In this document: piece by piece, positions 1 to 10,989 of the stretch
How positions within the stretch are numbered: the first letter of the stretch is position 1
How the letters are laid out: the number at the start of each line of letters is the position of its first letter
The notes under the pieces: generated by a model
The model's database searches: none
Told to the model about the DNA's origin: nothing
What the model saw: only the letters and a program-made list of their open reading frames with translations
Source: Acidimicrobiia bacterium
GTDB lineage: Bacteria > Actinomycetota > Acidimicrobiia > Acidimicrobiales > Aldehydirespiratoraceae
Reading direction: 5' to 3'
Length of the DNA: 64,000 nucleotides
Assembly: GCA_021296315.1 (NCBI GenBank)
Contig: JAGWAO010000023.1
Coordinates: 19,855-83,854 of the forward strand
Translations under genes and position numbers: made by a program

Positions 1-1
1 G

Positions 2-2576
2 TCGATGCTCATCAACCTGTGGCGCGACCACGGTCCCGACCAGATCGTCGTCGCCTTCGACCGTCCCGAGCCGACCTTCAGGCACACCATGGTTCCCAGC
101 TACAAGGGCACCCGGGACGCCGCGCCCGACATCCTGCGCCAGCAGATGGGCCTGGTGCGCGAGGTTCTCGACGCCTTGGCCATACCGATGATCGACGCGG
201 TTGGTTTCGAGGCCGACGACGTGATCGCCACCCTGGCCACCGCGGGGCGGGACCGCGGCAACGACGTGATCATCGTGACCGGCGACCGCGACACCTACCA
301 GCTGGTGGAGGACCCTCACCTGAAGGTGCTCTACAACATGCGAGGGGTGTCGGACTACAAGCTGTACGACGAGGCCGGCATCACCGAGCGCACCGGCGTT
401 CGCCCCGCCGACTACGTGCACTACGCGGCGCTGCGGGGCGACACCAGCGACAACCTGCCCGGAGTTCCCGGAGTGGGGGAGAAGACCGCCGCGAAGCTCG
501 TGAACGACAGGGGAGGGCTCGACGGGATCTTCGCATCCCTGGAGGAGCTCACGCCCAAGCTGAGGGAGAACCTGGCCGCCGCCGAGGAGCATGTCCGCAC
601 CAACGCCGAGGTGATGCGGCTGGTGCGCGACGTGCCCCTCACTGCGGGGCTCGACGATCTCGTGCTGGGGGACATCGACGCCCAGGCGGTGCGCAAGCTG
701 TTCGACTTCCTGGAGTTCCGGTCCCTGCACCGCCGCCTGGCCGAGGTGCTCGGCGACGCGCTGGGGACCGACGCGGCCGAAGATGCGGAACCCTCCACGA
801 ACACGCTGGAGCCCGAGGTGTCGGTTCTGACGACGGCCCCGCAGGCGGTCGAGGCGCTGCGGGCCGCGGCTGCCCCCGAGGCCGCCGGCTCACGCCTGGC
901 GCTGGCCACTCCGGCAGCGGGGCTGGCCGCCGGCCTGGCCTGGGCGGTCGACGCCGACGCGAGCCAGGTGGCCTTCGTGCCCGGTGACCTGCTGCAGGAC
1001 CCCGACGTCTGCGACGCGGTGGTCGGGCTCATCGGCGGAGGTGCCGGTGGCGCCCCGAGCCCCGGCGAGGGCAGGCCGCTGGCTACGCACGACGGCAAGG
1101 CTCTCATGGGACCGCTGCTGGGCCGGGGCGTCGAGATGCGCAATCTGATGATCGACACCATGCTGGCCGCCTACCTCCTCGATCCGGCCGACGTCCGCTA
1201 CGAACTGAGCGAAGTGGCCAACCGCTACGCCAACATCGACCCACCCGCACACGCCCCTCCCGAGGGGCGCTTGGACCTCGACGGCGACGCGGTGGAGCCC
1301 GCCGAGCAGGCCGGATGGGCGGTGGCGGCCATCGACCGTCTGGTCACGCCCCTGCGCGAGGCGCTGGCCGCGCAGGGGCTCGACCACCTCAATGACGAGG
1401 TGGAGGTGCCGCTGGTCCGGGTCCTGGCTCGCATGGAGCACATTGGGATCGGGGTGGACCGCTCGGTGCTGGAACGGATCCGCGACGAACTCGACACCGA
1501 GGCCGAGGCGCTGAGGTGCCAGGTGCTGGAGGACGCCGGGCGGGACATCAACGTCAACTCCCCCAAGCAGCTGGCCGAGGTCCTGTTCGACGATCTGGGG
1601 CTCACGCCCAGCAAGCGGACCAAGACCGGGTTCTCCACCGACGCGCAGTCCCTGGAGAAGCTCCGGGGCGAGCACCCCATCGTCGACCACCTGCTCGGCT
1701 ACCGCGAGGTGGAGAAGCTGCGATCGACCTACGGGATCGGCCTGGTGGCCGAGGTCGGTTCGGACGAGCGCATCCGGGCCACCTTCAACCAGACGCTCCG
1801 ACGCGCCCAACCTTCACAACATCCCGGTGCGCTCCGAGCGGGGCCGGGTGTTTCGCACCGCCTTCGTGGCACCGCAGGGCTGCAAGCTGCTGGTCGCCGA
1901 CTACGACCAGATCGAGCTGCGCTGCATCGCCCATCTGGCCGAGGACCCGGGCCTGATCGCCGCCTTCGAGGCCGGCGACGACATCCACACCGCCACCGCA
2001 GCCCGGGTGTTCGCCATCGACGTGTCCGAGGTGGGGGTGAAGGAGCGGTCGACAGCCAAGATGGTGTCCTACGGGCTGGCCTACGGGATGGAGGCCTACG
2101 GCCTGGCCCAGCGCCTGAACATCGCGACCGGAGAGGCGGCCGAGATCCTCGACGCCTATTTCGAGGCCTTCCCCGCGGTGCGCCAGTACATGGACCGCAC
2201 CGTGGCCGAGGCTCGCAGCCGGGGCTACACCGAGACCCTGTTCGGCCGGCGCCGGCAGATCCCGGAGCTGGCCAGCCCAAATGTCCGGCTGCGCCAGGCC
2301 GGGGAGCGCCAGGCCATGAACGCGGGGATTCAGGGGCTGGCCGCCGACATATTCAAGGTGGCGCTGGTGCGCCTCGACCGGGCCCTGGAGGACGGGGGCC
2401 TGGCGTCGCGCATCGTGCTCCAAGTCCACGACGAGATCATCCTGGAGTCGCCCGACGCAGAGGTCGCACCCGCGTCGGAGCTGACCCGCGAGGTGATGCG
2501 GGGGGCGTTCGAGTTGCGAGTGCCCCTCGAGGTCGATCTCCAGGTGGCCGACACCTGGGCGGGCGCCAAGGGCTAG
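2..2576 (+). pseudogene. polA: DNA polymerase I; 5' end lies outside the window and the reading frame is broken near 1796
   Basis: The frame-2 ORF (5..) has 5'-3' exonuclease motifs (FEADDVIATLA, VTGDRDTYQLV, GDTSDNLPGVPGVGEKTA) and the polymerase N-part up to RIRATFNQT. The rest of the polymerase domain (SDAPNLHNIPVRSERGRVFRTAF ... QVHDEIILE ... stop 2574-2576) is in frame 0. About 8 expected codons (xxATGRLS) are missing at the junction. Confidence 0.85.
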
Positions 2577-2648
2577 GCCCGGTCCGGCTTTGGGGCCGGT
2601 AGCCTCTCGCGGTCCCTACAACCCGACTCACCAGCCCGGAAAGACACC

Positions 2649-4055
2649 GTGACCGACACCGCCACCTCCGTCCTCGAACCGCCTGCGCCGCCCGAGATGG
2701 GCACGTTCGCGGAGGACGGCTCCTACATCCCACGCCAGATCGTCGAGGACGACCTCGGCGACATCAGCATCGACGACGCCTACGCCTCCACCATGGTGGT
2801 CGTCGAGGACGGCCAGATCGTGGAGGGCACGATCGTCCGGATCGACAAGGAAGAGGTCCTGCTCGACATCGGCTACAAGTCCGAGGGCGTGATACCGAAC
2901 CGCGAGCTGAGCATCCGCCACGATGTCGACCCCGGCGATGTTGTCGCGATGGGCGAGCGGATCGAGGCCCTGGTCATCACCCGCGAGGACAAGGAAGGCC
3001 GGCTGATCCTGTCCAAGAAGCGGGCCCAGTACGAGCGGGCCTGGGGACGGATCGAGGAGCAGCGGGAGGCCAACGCCGCGGTCAAGGGCATGGTCATCGA
3101 GGTGGTCAAGGGCGGGTTGATCGTCGACATCGGCCTGCGAGGCTTCCTGCCGGCGTCGCTGGTGGAGCTCCGCCGGGTGCGCGACCTCCAGCCGTACGTC
3201 GGCCGCGAACTCGACGCCAAGATCATCGAACTCGACAAGAACCGCAACAACGTGGTGCTGAGCCGGCGGGCGTGGCTGGAGGAGACCCAGCGCGAGCAGC
3301 GCGAGGCGTTCCTCGACAACCTCAGGCCGGGCGAGATCCGCACCGGCGTGGTGTCGTCGGTCGTGAACTTCGGCGCGTTCGTAGACCTGGGCGGGATGGA
3401 CGGCCTGGTGCACGTCTCGGAGCTGTCCTGGAAGCACGTCGACCACCCCAGCGCGGTGGTGTCGGCCGGCGACCGCATCGACGTGCAGGTTCTGGAGGTC
3501 GACCTGGAGCGGGAGCGCATCAGCCTGTCGCTCAAAGCCACCCAGCAGGACCCGTGGCAGGAGTTCGCGGCCAGCCACCGGGTGGGGGAGTTGGTGTACG
3601 GACGCATCACCAAGCTGGTGCCGTTCGGGTCGTTCGTGCAGGTCGGCGACGGCATCGAGGGTCTGGTGCACATCTCGGAGATGTCCGCTCACCACGTGGA
3701 GCTGCCCGAGCAGGTCGTGACCCCCGGCGAGGAGCTGTGGGTGAAGATCATCGACCTCGACCTTCAGCGCCGCCGCATCAGCCTGTCGATCAAGCAGGCC
3801 GCCGAGGGCGGGGTGGTCGCAGCCGAGTACCAGGAGCACTTCGGCGACCATGCCTACGACGAAGAGGGCAACTACATCGGCACCACCGACTCCGAGGGCC
3901 AGCAGGCCTGGGAGGACTATTTCTCCAGCGAGTCCGACACCGAGTATGCCTCAGAGGGTGAGCCTGTCGAGGCGGTTGATGCCGCCGACGACAGCGAGAT
4001 TGCCGATCCCGACGCCTCCAGCGACGAAGTCGCCGGCGAGGCCGACGAGACCTGA
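2649..4055 (+). CDS. rpsA: 30S ribosomal protein S1
   Basis: 468-aa ORF with tandem S1/OB repeats (IVEGTIVRIDKEEVLLDIG, VKGMVIEVVKGGLIVDIG, RTGVVSSVVNFGAFVDLG, VYGRITKLVPFGSFVQVG) and an acidic C-tail. It has the conserved position between polA and coaE. Confidence 0.95.
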   Translation: MTDTATSVLEPPAPPEMGTFAEDGSYIPRQIVEDDLGDISIDDAYASTMVVVEDGQIVEGTIVRIDKEEVLLDIGYKSEGVIPNRELSIRHDVDPGDVVAMGERIEALVITREDKEGRLILSKKRAQYERAWGRIEEQREANAAVKGMVIEVVKGGLIVDIGLRGFLPASLVELRRVRDLQPYVGRELDAKIIELDKNRNNVVLSRRAWLEETQREQREAFLDNLRPGEIRTGVVSSVVNFGAFVDLGGMDGLVHVSELSWKHVDHPSAVVSAGDRIDVQVLEVDLERERISLSLKATQQDPWQEFAASHRVGELVYGRITKLVPFGSFVQVGDGIEGLVHISEMSAHHVELPEQVVTPGEELWVKIIDLDLQRRRISLSIKQAAEGGVVAAEYQEHFGDHAYDEEGNYIGTTDSEGQQAWEDYFSSESDTEYASEGEPVEAVDAADDSEIADPDASSDEVAGEADET

Positions 4056-4058
4056 GTC

Positions 4059-4679
4059 CTGCCCGAGATAGCACTGACAGGGGGGATCGGCGCGGGCAAG
4101 TCGACCGTGGGCGCCGGCCTGGTCGAGCGGGGCGCGATCCTCATCGACGCCGACCAGATCGTCCGTGACCTCCAGCGGCCGGGTGAGCCCGTGTTCGAGG
4201 CCATGGTGCAGCGTTGGGGACAGGCAGTTGTGTCGGCCGACGGCACCCTGGACCGGGCTGCGGTCGCCGAGGTGGTGTTCAACGACGCCGACGAGTTGGC
4301 CGCGCTCAACGACATCGTCCATCCGGCGGTGGGCACGGAGATGGTCAAGCGCAGGGCTGAGGCGGCCGAGGAGTCGCCCGACGCCATCGTGGTGCTCGAC
4401 ATCCCATTGCTGGTCCGCCCCGACGGCGAGCCCATCGCCGAGCGCTACCGCGGCCTGGTGGGCATTGTGGTGGTTGACGCCGACCCCGAGATAGCGGTGC
4501 AGCGGCTGGTGGCCCAGCGGGGTCTGTCCGAGGAGGACGCCCGGGCCCGCATCTCACGCCAGGCCGACCGCGAGTCTCGTCTGGCCGTCGCCGATTTCGT
4601 CATCCACAACGACGGCACCCTCGCCGATCTGGAGCCCCAGATCGACGCCTGCCACCGCTGGGCGTCGTCCCTGGCCTGA
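4059..4679 (+). CDS. coaE: Dephospho-CoA kinase; start codon uncertain (no ATG/GTG/TTG upstream of the P-loop)
   Basis: Translation from 4056 gives VLPEIALTGGIGAGKSTVGAGL..., a CoaE N-terminus with Walker A (codons 4080-4106). The ORF-track GTG at 4107 lies after the P-loop. Only CTG 4059, ATA 4068 and CTG 4074 are available upstream. Confidence 0.8.
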   Translation: MPEIALTGGIGAGKSTVGAGLVERGAILIDADQIVRDLQRPGEPVFEAMVQRWGQAVVSADGTLDRAAVAEVVFNDADELAALNDIVHPAVGTEMVKRRAEAAEESPDAIVVLDIPLLVRPDGEPIAERYRGLVGIVVVDADPEIAVQRLVAQRGLSEEDARARISRQADRESRLAVADFVIHNDGTLADLEPQIDACHRWASSLA

Positions 4680-4680
4680 G

Positions 4681-5607
4681 TCAGGCCCGGTCCGCGCCCG
4701 GATAGACCAGTTCGCTCCACTCCTGAGGGTCGACCTCCAGCATCGCGTCGATCGCCGACGCATCGGGAAGGGGTCCCACGTCCAACTCGGAGGTCATCGC
4801 GCTCATGGCCACCACATGACCCAGCCGCTGGCAGCGCTGGAGGTCGGTGGGGTGGGTTAGGTAGCCGCACAGGAATCCGGCCGCGAACGCGTCGCCGGCG
4901 CCTCTCGGACCCGCGATCGGCCCGCGCAAGGCAGGCTCGAAGTGCTCGCCGTCCGGCGTGAAGGTGTGGACGCCGACAGCGCCATCCTTCACGACCACGA
5001 TCCGAGGCCGCGGCAGCGCAGACCGCACCTGCGACGGTTCCGAGAACCCCCACACTGCGGCGGCTTCGTCCAACCCGACGAAGACGATGTCGGCCAAGTT
5101 GGCCGCCTCTTCGAACAGCTCACCCGGAGGCCCGTCGGGCCAGAGCGCGGGGCGCCAGTTGACATCGAACGACCGCAGGGCGCTGGCCGGCTCGGACAGC
5201 AGCGCCCTGACCAGGTCCCTGCACCCGTCCGAGAGGGCCAACGTGATCCCCGTGAGGTGGACGGCCCGGGCATCGAGGCACGTTTCGATCGGGACAGTCT
5301 CGGGGGACATCAGCGAAGCCGCAGAGTCCCGCCGGTAGTACTGGACCCGCTGGTTCCGCTCCGGCGTGTCCCTCAGCATCAGGCCGGTGGGGGCGTCCTC
5401 GCACAGCTCGACGAGCGACGTGTCCACTCCGCCAGCGGCGACGGCGTCATGGACCAGCGACCCGGCCATACCGGCGTCGAGGCGGCTGACCCAAGCGCTG
5501 CTGAGCCTGAGCGCGGCGCAGTAGAGCGCCACGTTCGACTCGGCCCCGCACACGTCCCAGGCAAAGTTGTCGGCCGCCGGGTCGGGATCACGATAGAGGG
5601 TGAGCAT
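4681..5607 (-). CDS. PfkB-family sugar kinase (KdgK-like)
   Basis: This is the C-terminal 308 aa of the long 4681..7581 ORF. It has GAESNVA near the N-terminus and the PfkB signature GAGDAFAAGFL near the C-terminus. ATG at 5607. The upstream part of that ORF is antisense to uvrB. Confidence 0.75.
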   Translation of the reverse strand: MLTLYRDPDPAADNFAWDVCGAESNVALYCAALRLSSAWVSRLDAGMAGSLVHDAVAAGGVDTSLVELCEDAPTGLMLRDTPERNQRVQYYRRDSAASLMSPETVPIETCLDARAVHLTGITLALSDGCRDLVRALLSEPASALRSFDVNWRPALWPDGPPGELFEEAANLADIVFVGLDEAAAVWGFSEPSQVRSALPRPRIVVVKDGAVGVHTFTPDGEHFEPALRGPIAGPRGAGDAFAAGFLCGYLTHPTDLQRCQRLGHVVAMSAMTSELDVGPLPDASAIDAMLEVDPQEWSELVYPGADRA

Positions 5608-5744
5608 CGACGCGAGTATGTGCGGCGCTGCGAATTGCAGATCGCAGAGTGGGACGACCTGCGGGCCAGCCTCGAGGATCCCGACAGCCCTGTCGAAGTG
5701 CCTAGGGCCGCCATCGCCCTGTCGAGGGCCCCGGCGACCGGAGC

Positions 5745-5835
5745 CCCCCGAGCCGAGCAGCCGCCCACGGCGTCGGTACGATCGGGAGCCAGTGGCCCGA
5801 GCGGCCCGTGAGCGAAGCGAGCAGGAGCGGATGAC
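5745..5835 (+). mobile_element. GAGCG-rich MITE-like repeat, copy A (left half and core only)
   Basis: GTGGCCCGAGCGGCCCGTGAGCGAAGCGAGCAGGAGCGG (5792-5830) matches the core of copies B-E. Weaker similarity extends upstream to about 5745. The copy ends at the uvrB ATG. Confidence 0.6.
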
Positions 5836-7890
<2,055 letters not shown>

Positions 7891-7904
7891 GCGGGGTTGT
7901 CAGG

Positions 7905-8348
7905 TCAGGTTGCTTCGAAGATCTCGGTACCTGACCAGCAGGTGACCGTGTCGGGGTCTACGGCGATGCCTCCGCCGCAGGTGCATCTCGGGCGCTGGTC
8001 GTCGAGGAGCCGGCCCTCGGCGTCCCAGAGTTGCAGGGTGTGTTCGCGCACGGGCTCGCGCACGACTCTCAACCAGCGTCCGCGGCCCCTGGCGGTCAGG
8101 GCCTCGACCAGGGCTGAGACCATGTCCGGCGGCGCGGGCTCGTTGGTCTTGATGCAGTAGAACGTGCCGCCGATACAGAGTTCGTGGGGGCCGTACTCGT
8201 ACTTGTCAAGGTAGTTCACAGTGCGCTGGGGGTCGTAGTCCGGTGGCGGCTCGCCGTCGAGGGTCAGGGTCTGGCGTCCGTCCGTGCGCATCGCGTACAG
8301 GTTGACTGCGACCCACGACTTGCGAGTGAAGGGGATCGTGCCCGTCAT
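7905..8348 (-). CDS. Hypothetical protein (147 aa)
   Basis: Single clean ORF in a locally lower-GC stretch, divergent from the HNH gene across an AT-rich spacer. No family recognised. Confidence 0.45.
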   Translation of the reverse strand: MTGTIPFTRKSWVAVNLYAMRTDGRQTLTLDGEPPPDYDPQRTVNYLDKYEYGPHELCIGGTFYCIKTNEPAPPDMVSALVEALTARGRGRWLRVVREPVREHTLQLWDAEGRLLDDQRPRCTCGGGIAVDPDTVTCWSGTEIFEAT

Positions 8349-8409
8349 CGGGATCCTCCTCAGATTCTAACGATATTCCTGGAAAAAGCTTTAAACAGCA
8401 TAACAATGC

Positions 8410-8439
8410 TTGACAAGTGTCACACCCCTATGGCATGAT
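8410..8439 (+). promoter_or_regulatory. Candidate sigma-70-type promoter for the DUF222-HNH gene (near-leaderless)
   Basis: TTGACA at 8410-8415, an 18-nt spacer, CATGAT at 8434-8439, and ATG at 8446. It lies in the only AT-rich stretch of this region. Confidence 0.4.
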
Positions 8440-8445
8440 CTGACT

Positions 8446-9744
8446 ATGGCGATGAAAGCTGCTCATCGGGTGCGGGACGGTCTGGCGGAGTTGATCCGTC
8501 TGGTCAACTCCGGGAGCGCGTCGACGACTGACGCGCAGCGGGTTCTGTCAGCGTCGAGGGGATTCGCGGCGCAGGTGGCGGTGTTGCAGGCCGACGCGGC
8601 TGCTCTAGTGGCGGCGGGGGAGCGGCATGGCGACGGGGGCGCCGGAGTGCTGGCCCGGACGGCGGGACTGTCCAAGCGAGACGCCCTCGGGCAGGTCGAG
8701 GTGATGGGACAGTTGCAGTCGATGCCCGACGTGAGAGACGCCCTGACGGACGGGGAGATCCCGCTGGCCAACGCCAAGACCCTCGCGCGGGCCAGCGCAA
8801 GGACCAGCGCCGCCGAGGTTGAACGGGACGACGGTCTCCTGGAGAAGGCCGCCTCATTGTCGCCGGACCAGTTCGTTCGGGAAGCGGGCCGCTGGGTGGT
8901 GCAGCGTCAGCATGACGGCGGCGAGGGCGAGTACCGGCGCCAGCGGGCTCGCCGGCGGCTGAGCGTCTGGAAGGACGATTCCGACGGCATGGTGCACTTG
9001 CGGGGCGAGCTTGATCCGGTAGCTGGAGCCAAGCTGCGCACACGGCTGCTCAAGGAGGCTGAGCGGCTGCGGCGATGCGATCTCGGCAAGCCCGTTGGGG
9101 AGCAGCGCAGCCTCTCTCAGCGCTTCGCCGACGCGCTGGAAACACTGACCGAGCCCGACCGCTCGGGCAACAGTCGCCGAAGCGGGTCACCGGCCGACAT
9201 CACCATTGTCCAGCACCTGTCCCCTGATGGCGACAAGGCGTTCGCGGAGGTCGTCGATGGCGGCGTGATCCCCGAGAGCGTGCTCGAGGAGCACTTCTGC
9301 AACGCCAGGATCGTGGGAGTCGTATTCGACAGCAAGGGCCTGCCGCTGTGGCGGGGCACCGCGTCGCCGCGGCCCAGCAAGGCCCAGATGGACGCGCTGA
9401 TCGCCCGCTACGGCGGATGCGCGGGATGCGGCCAGCACTCCGTCATGAACCAGGCCCATCACATCCGGCCCAGGTCGCAGGGAGGCCCCACCGATATCGA
9501 CAACTTGATGCCGCTGTGTTGGGGATGCCACGACAACGTCCACATCCACGGGTGGCGGGTGGTGCCCGACGGGCGGAGCCTGCACACCATCGCGCCGCCC
9601 GATCGGATCCGCTACGGCCCGGCCCGCGCGCCCGACCCTCCGCCGATCCACGACCCGCCCAGCCGGCGGCGCCGGGCCGGCACGTCCAGTCGCCAGTCCC
9701 GGGTGCCCGACGTCGAGCCCGAACCGCTCCTCACGGTCACCTAG
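8446..9744 (+). CDS. DUF222-type HNH endonuclease (REP13E12-like family)
   Basis: C-terminal HNH motif HHIRPRSQGGPTDIDNLMPLCWGCHDNVHIHGW, with an N-terminal region typical of DUF222 proteins. ATG 8446 is preferred over the TTG at 8410, which coincides with the -35 box. Confidence 0.8.
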   Translation: MAMKAAHRVRDGLAELIRLVNSGSASTTDAQRVLSASRGFAAQVAVLQADAAALVAAGERHGDGGAGVLARTAGLSKRDALGQVEVMGQLQSMPDVRDALTDGEIPLANAKTLARASARTSAAEVERDDGLLEKAASLSPDQFVREAGRWVVQRQHDGGEGEYRRQRARRRLSVWKDDSDGMVHLRGELDPVAGAKLRTRLLKEAERLRRCDLGKPVGEQRSLSQRFADALETLTEPDRSGNSRRSGSPADITIVQHLSPDGDKAFAEVVDGGVIPESVLEEHFCNARIVGVVFDSKGLPLWRGTASPRPSKAQMDALIARYGGCAGCGQHSVMNQAHHIRPRSQGGPTDIDNLMPLCWGCHDNVHIHGWRVVPDGRSLHTIAPPDRIRYGPARAPDPPPIHDPPSRRRRAGTSSRQSRVPDVEPEPLLTVT

Positions 9745-9751
9745 GGCCGAG

Positions 9752-10174
9752 ATGCACTGGAAGGACGGGGCTGAGCGGGTTGAAGCCGGGCTCGCGACGA
9801 TGCTGGCGTGGGCGGCGGGCGACCTTGTGACTTCCTCCGAGATGCTGAGAGCGTGCGACCTGGTCTCAGCCAGCGCAGTGAAGATGGCGAGTCTCGCCAG
9901 GATCGAGGGCACCTCGATCGAGGAGCTTCAGGACATCGTGCAGGCTTGCCGGACCATCTCAGCGAAGGTGGCCTTGTTCGACATGCGAGTGCGGGCGCTG
10001 CTGGCGGTGACGCCAGGTCTGGCCGCCATCCAAGATGCGACTGCGATTCCAAGTGTGGCCGCGATCCGAGCTGTGGCCGCGATCCAGAATGGAGCCGTGA
10101 TGCGAAATGAGGCCGTGACACAAGATGTGGCCGTGAAGCGAAATGAAGGTATAGGCAACAGCGCGGTGGCATGA
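9752..10174 (+). CDS. Hypothetical protein with a degenerate hexapeptide-repeat C-terminus
   Basis: The 140-aa ORF is tightly packed between the HNH stop (9744) and the PP2C start (10182). Its 3' part has 18-nt periodic repeats (VAAIRA / VMRNEA / VTQDVA / VKRNEG). A minus-strand ORF also spans this region, so the coding strand is not certain. Confidence 0.4.
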   Translation: MHWKDGAERVEAGLATMLAWAAGDLVTSSEMLRACDLVSASAVKMASLARIEGTSIEELQDIVQACRTISAKVALFDMRVRALLAVTPGLAAIQDATAIPSVAAIRAVAAIQNGAVMRNEAVTQDVAVKRNEGIGNSAVA

Positions 10175-10181
10175 TCGGGGT

Positions 10182-10964
10182 GTGGGCAGGTCGGATGATC
10201 GGTCGGATAGAGGCGCCTCCGTAGCAGCTGTGAGTGACGTCGGGCCGCGGCAGGTGAACGAGGACCGGGCGCTTGCCGTGGTCTCCGAGGACGATGGCAG
10301 CTGGGTGATCGCCGTCGCCGACGGGCTGGGCGGGCACACCCGGGGCGACGAGGCCGCTCAGGCCGCGGTGGAGGGGCTGCCCCTTCGGATCGCCAGCGCT
10401 GAAGACATGGCGACCGCCTTCGGGGAGGCCAACGAGCGTGTGCTGGCACTAACCGGGCCTGAGGTGTGGTCGCGGGCCTTGCCCCTGCACATGTTCCCGA
10501 TGAGCACCCTTTGCGTGGCCGCCTGGACGCCCGAGGGCGGTCTGCTGATCGGCTGGATGGGCGACACGTTGCCCTTCATCGCCACGGCCAGCCGGGGCGG
10601 CTTCAGCGGCTTCCTGTGCGGCCGCCCCCACCGGATCCCCGGCGGCAGCATCGAGATCTGCCTGGGAATGCCGCCTGCTGGCGGATCAGCAGACCCAGGT
10701 CCTGTCGAGGTGGAGATCGTCGGCGAATCCGGCGCCGGATCGCGGCCAGATGCCGTGATCCTGCTGAGCGACGGCGCCTGGGAGCCCTTCGTGTACGAAC
10801 ACGGCGTCGAGTGGCTGTCGGACGATTCCGTGGCCGGCGGCATCGGTGCAGCGTGCGGCCCCAATGCCGAGACCGCCGACGAGATTGCCGAGCGGATGCT
10901 GGCCGAAGCCTGCCGCCTAGGGCTCAACGACAACGCCACGATCGCCGTCGCCCTCTGGCGCTGA
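10182..10964 (+). CDS. PP2C-family Ser/Thr protein phosphatase
   Basis: PPM motifs are present: VNEDRA, AVADGLGGHTRGDEAA, LLSDGAWE, NDNATIAVA. Confidence 0.8.
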   Translation: MGRSDDRSDRGASVAAVSDVGPRQVNEDRALAVVSEDDGSWVIAVADGLGGHTRGDEAAQAAVEGLPLRIASAEDMATAFGEANERVLALTGPEVWSRALPLHMFPMSTLCVAAWTPEGGLLIGWMGDTLPFIATASRGGFSGFLCGRPHRIPGGSIEICLGMPPAGGSADPGPVEVEIVGESGAGSRPDAVILLSDGAWEPFVYEHGVEWLSDDSVAGGIGAACGPNAETADEIAERMLAEACRLGLNDNATIAVALWR

Positions 10965-10989
10965 CCTGCCGGCGGGGCGACCGGCGACG

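Noticed and set aside
2628-3851. 407-aa minus-strand ORF opposite rpsA
   Set aside because: It is antisense to the unambiguous S1 gene. Its composition (runs of L/D/H/R/V) has no domain signature, so it is a shadow ORF.
4053-4055. The rpsA TGA considered as a selenocysteine or reassigned codon
   Set aside because: No hairpin follows it, and no Cys-homolog logic applies, because it sits at the natural end of S1 after the acidic tail. Many other genes in the window end at TGA at their expected lengths (for example rapZ, uvrB and the sulfatase), so a global TGA reassignment is not supported.
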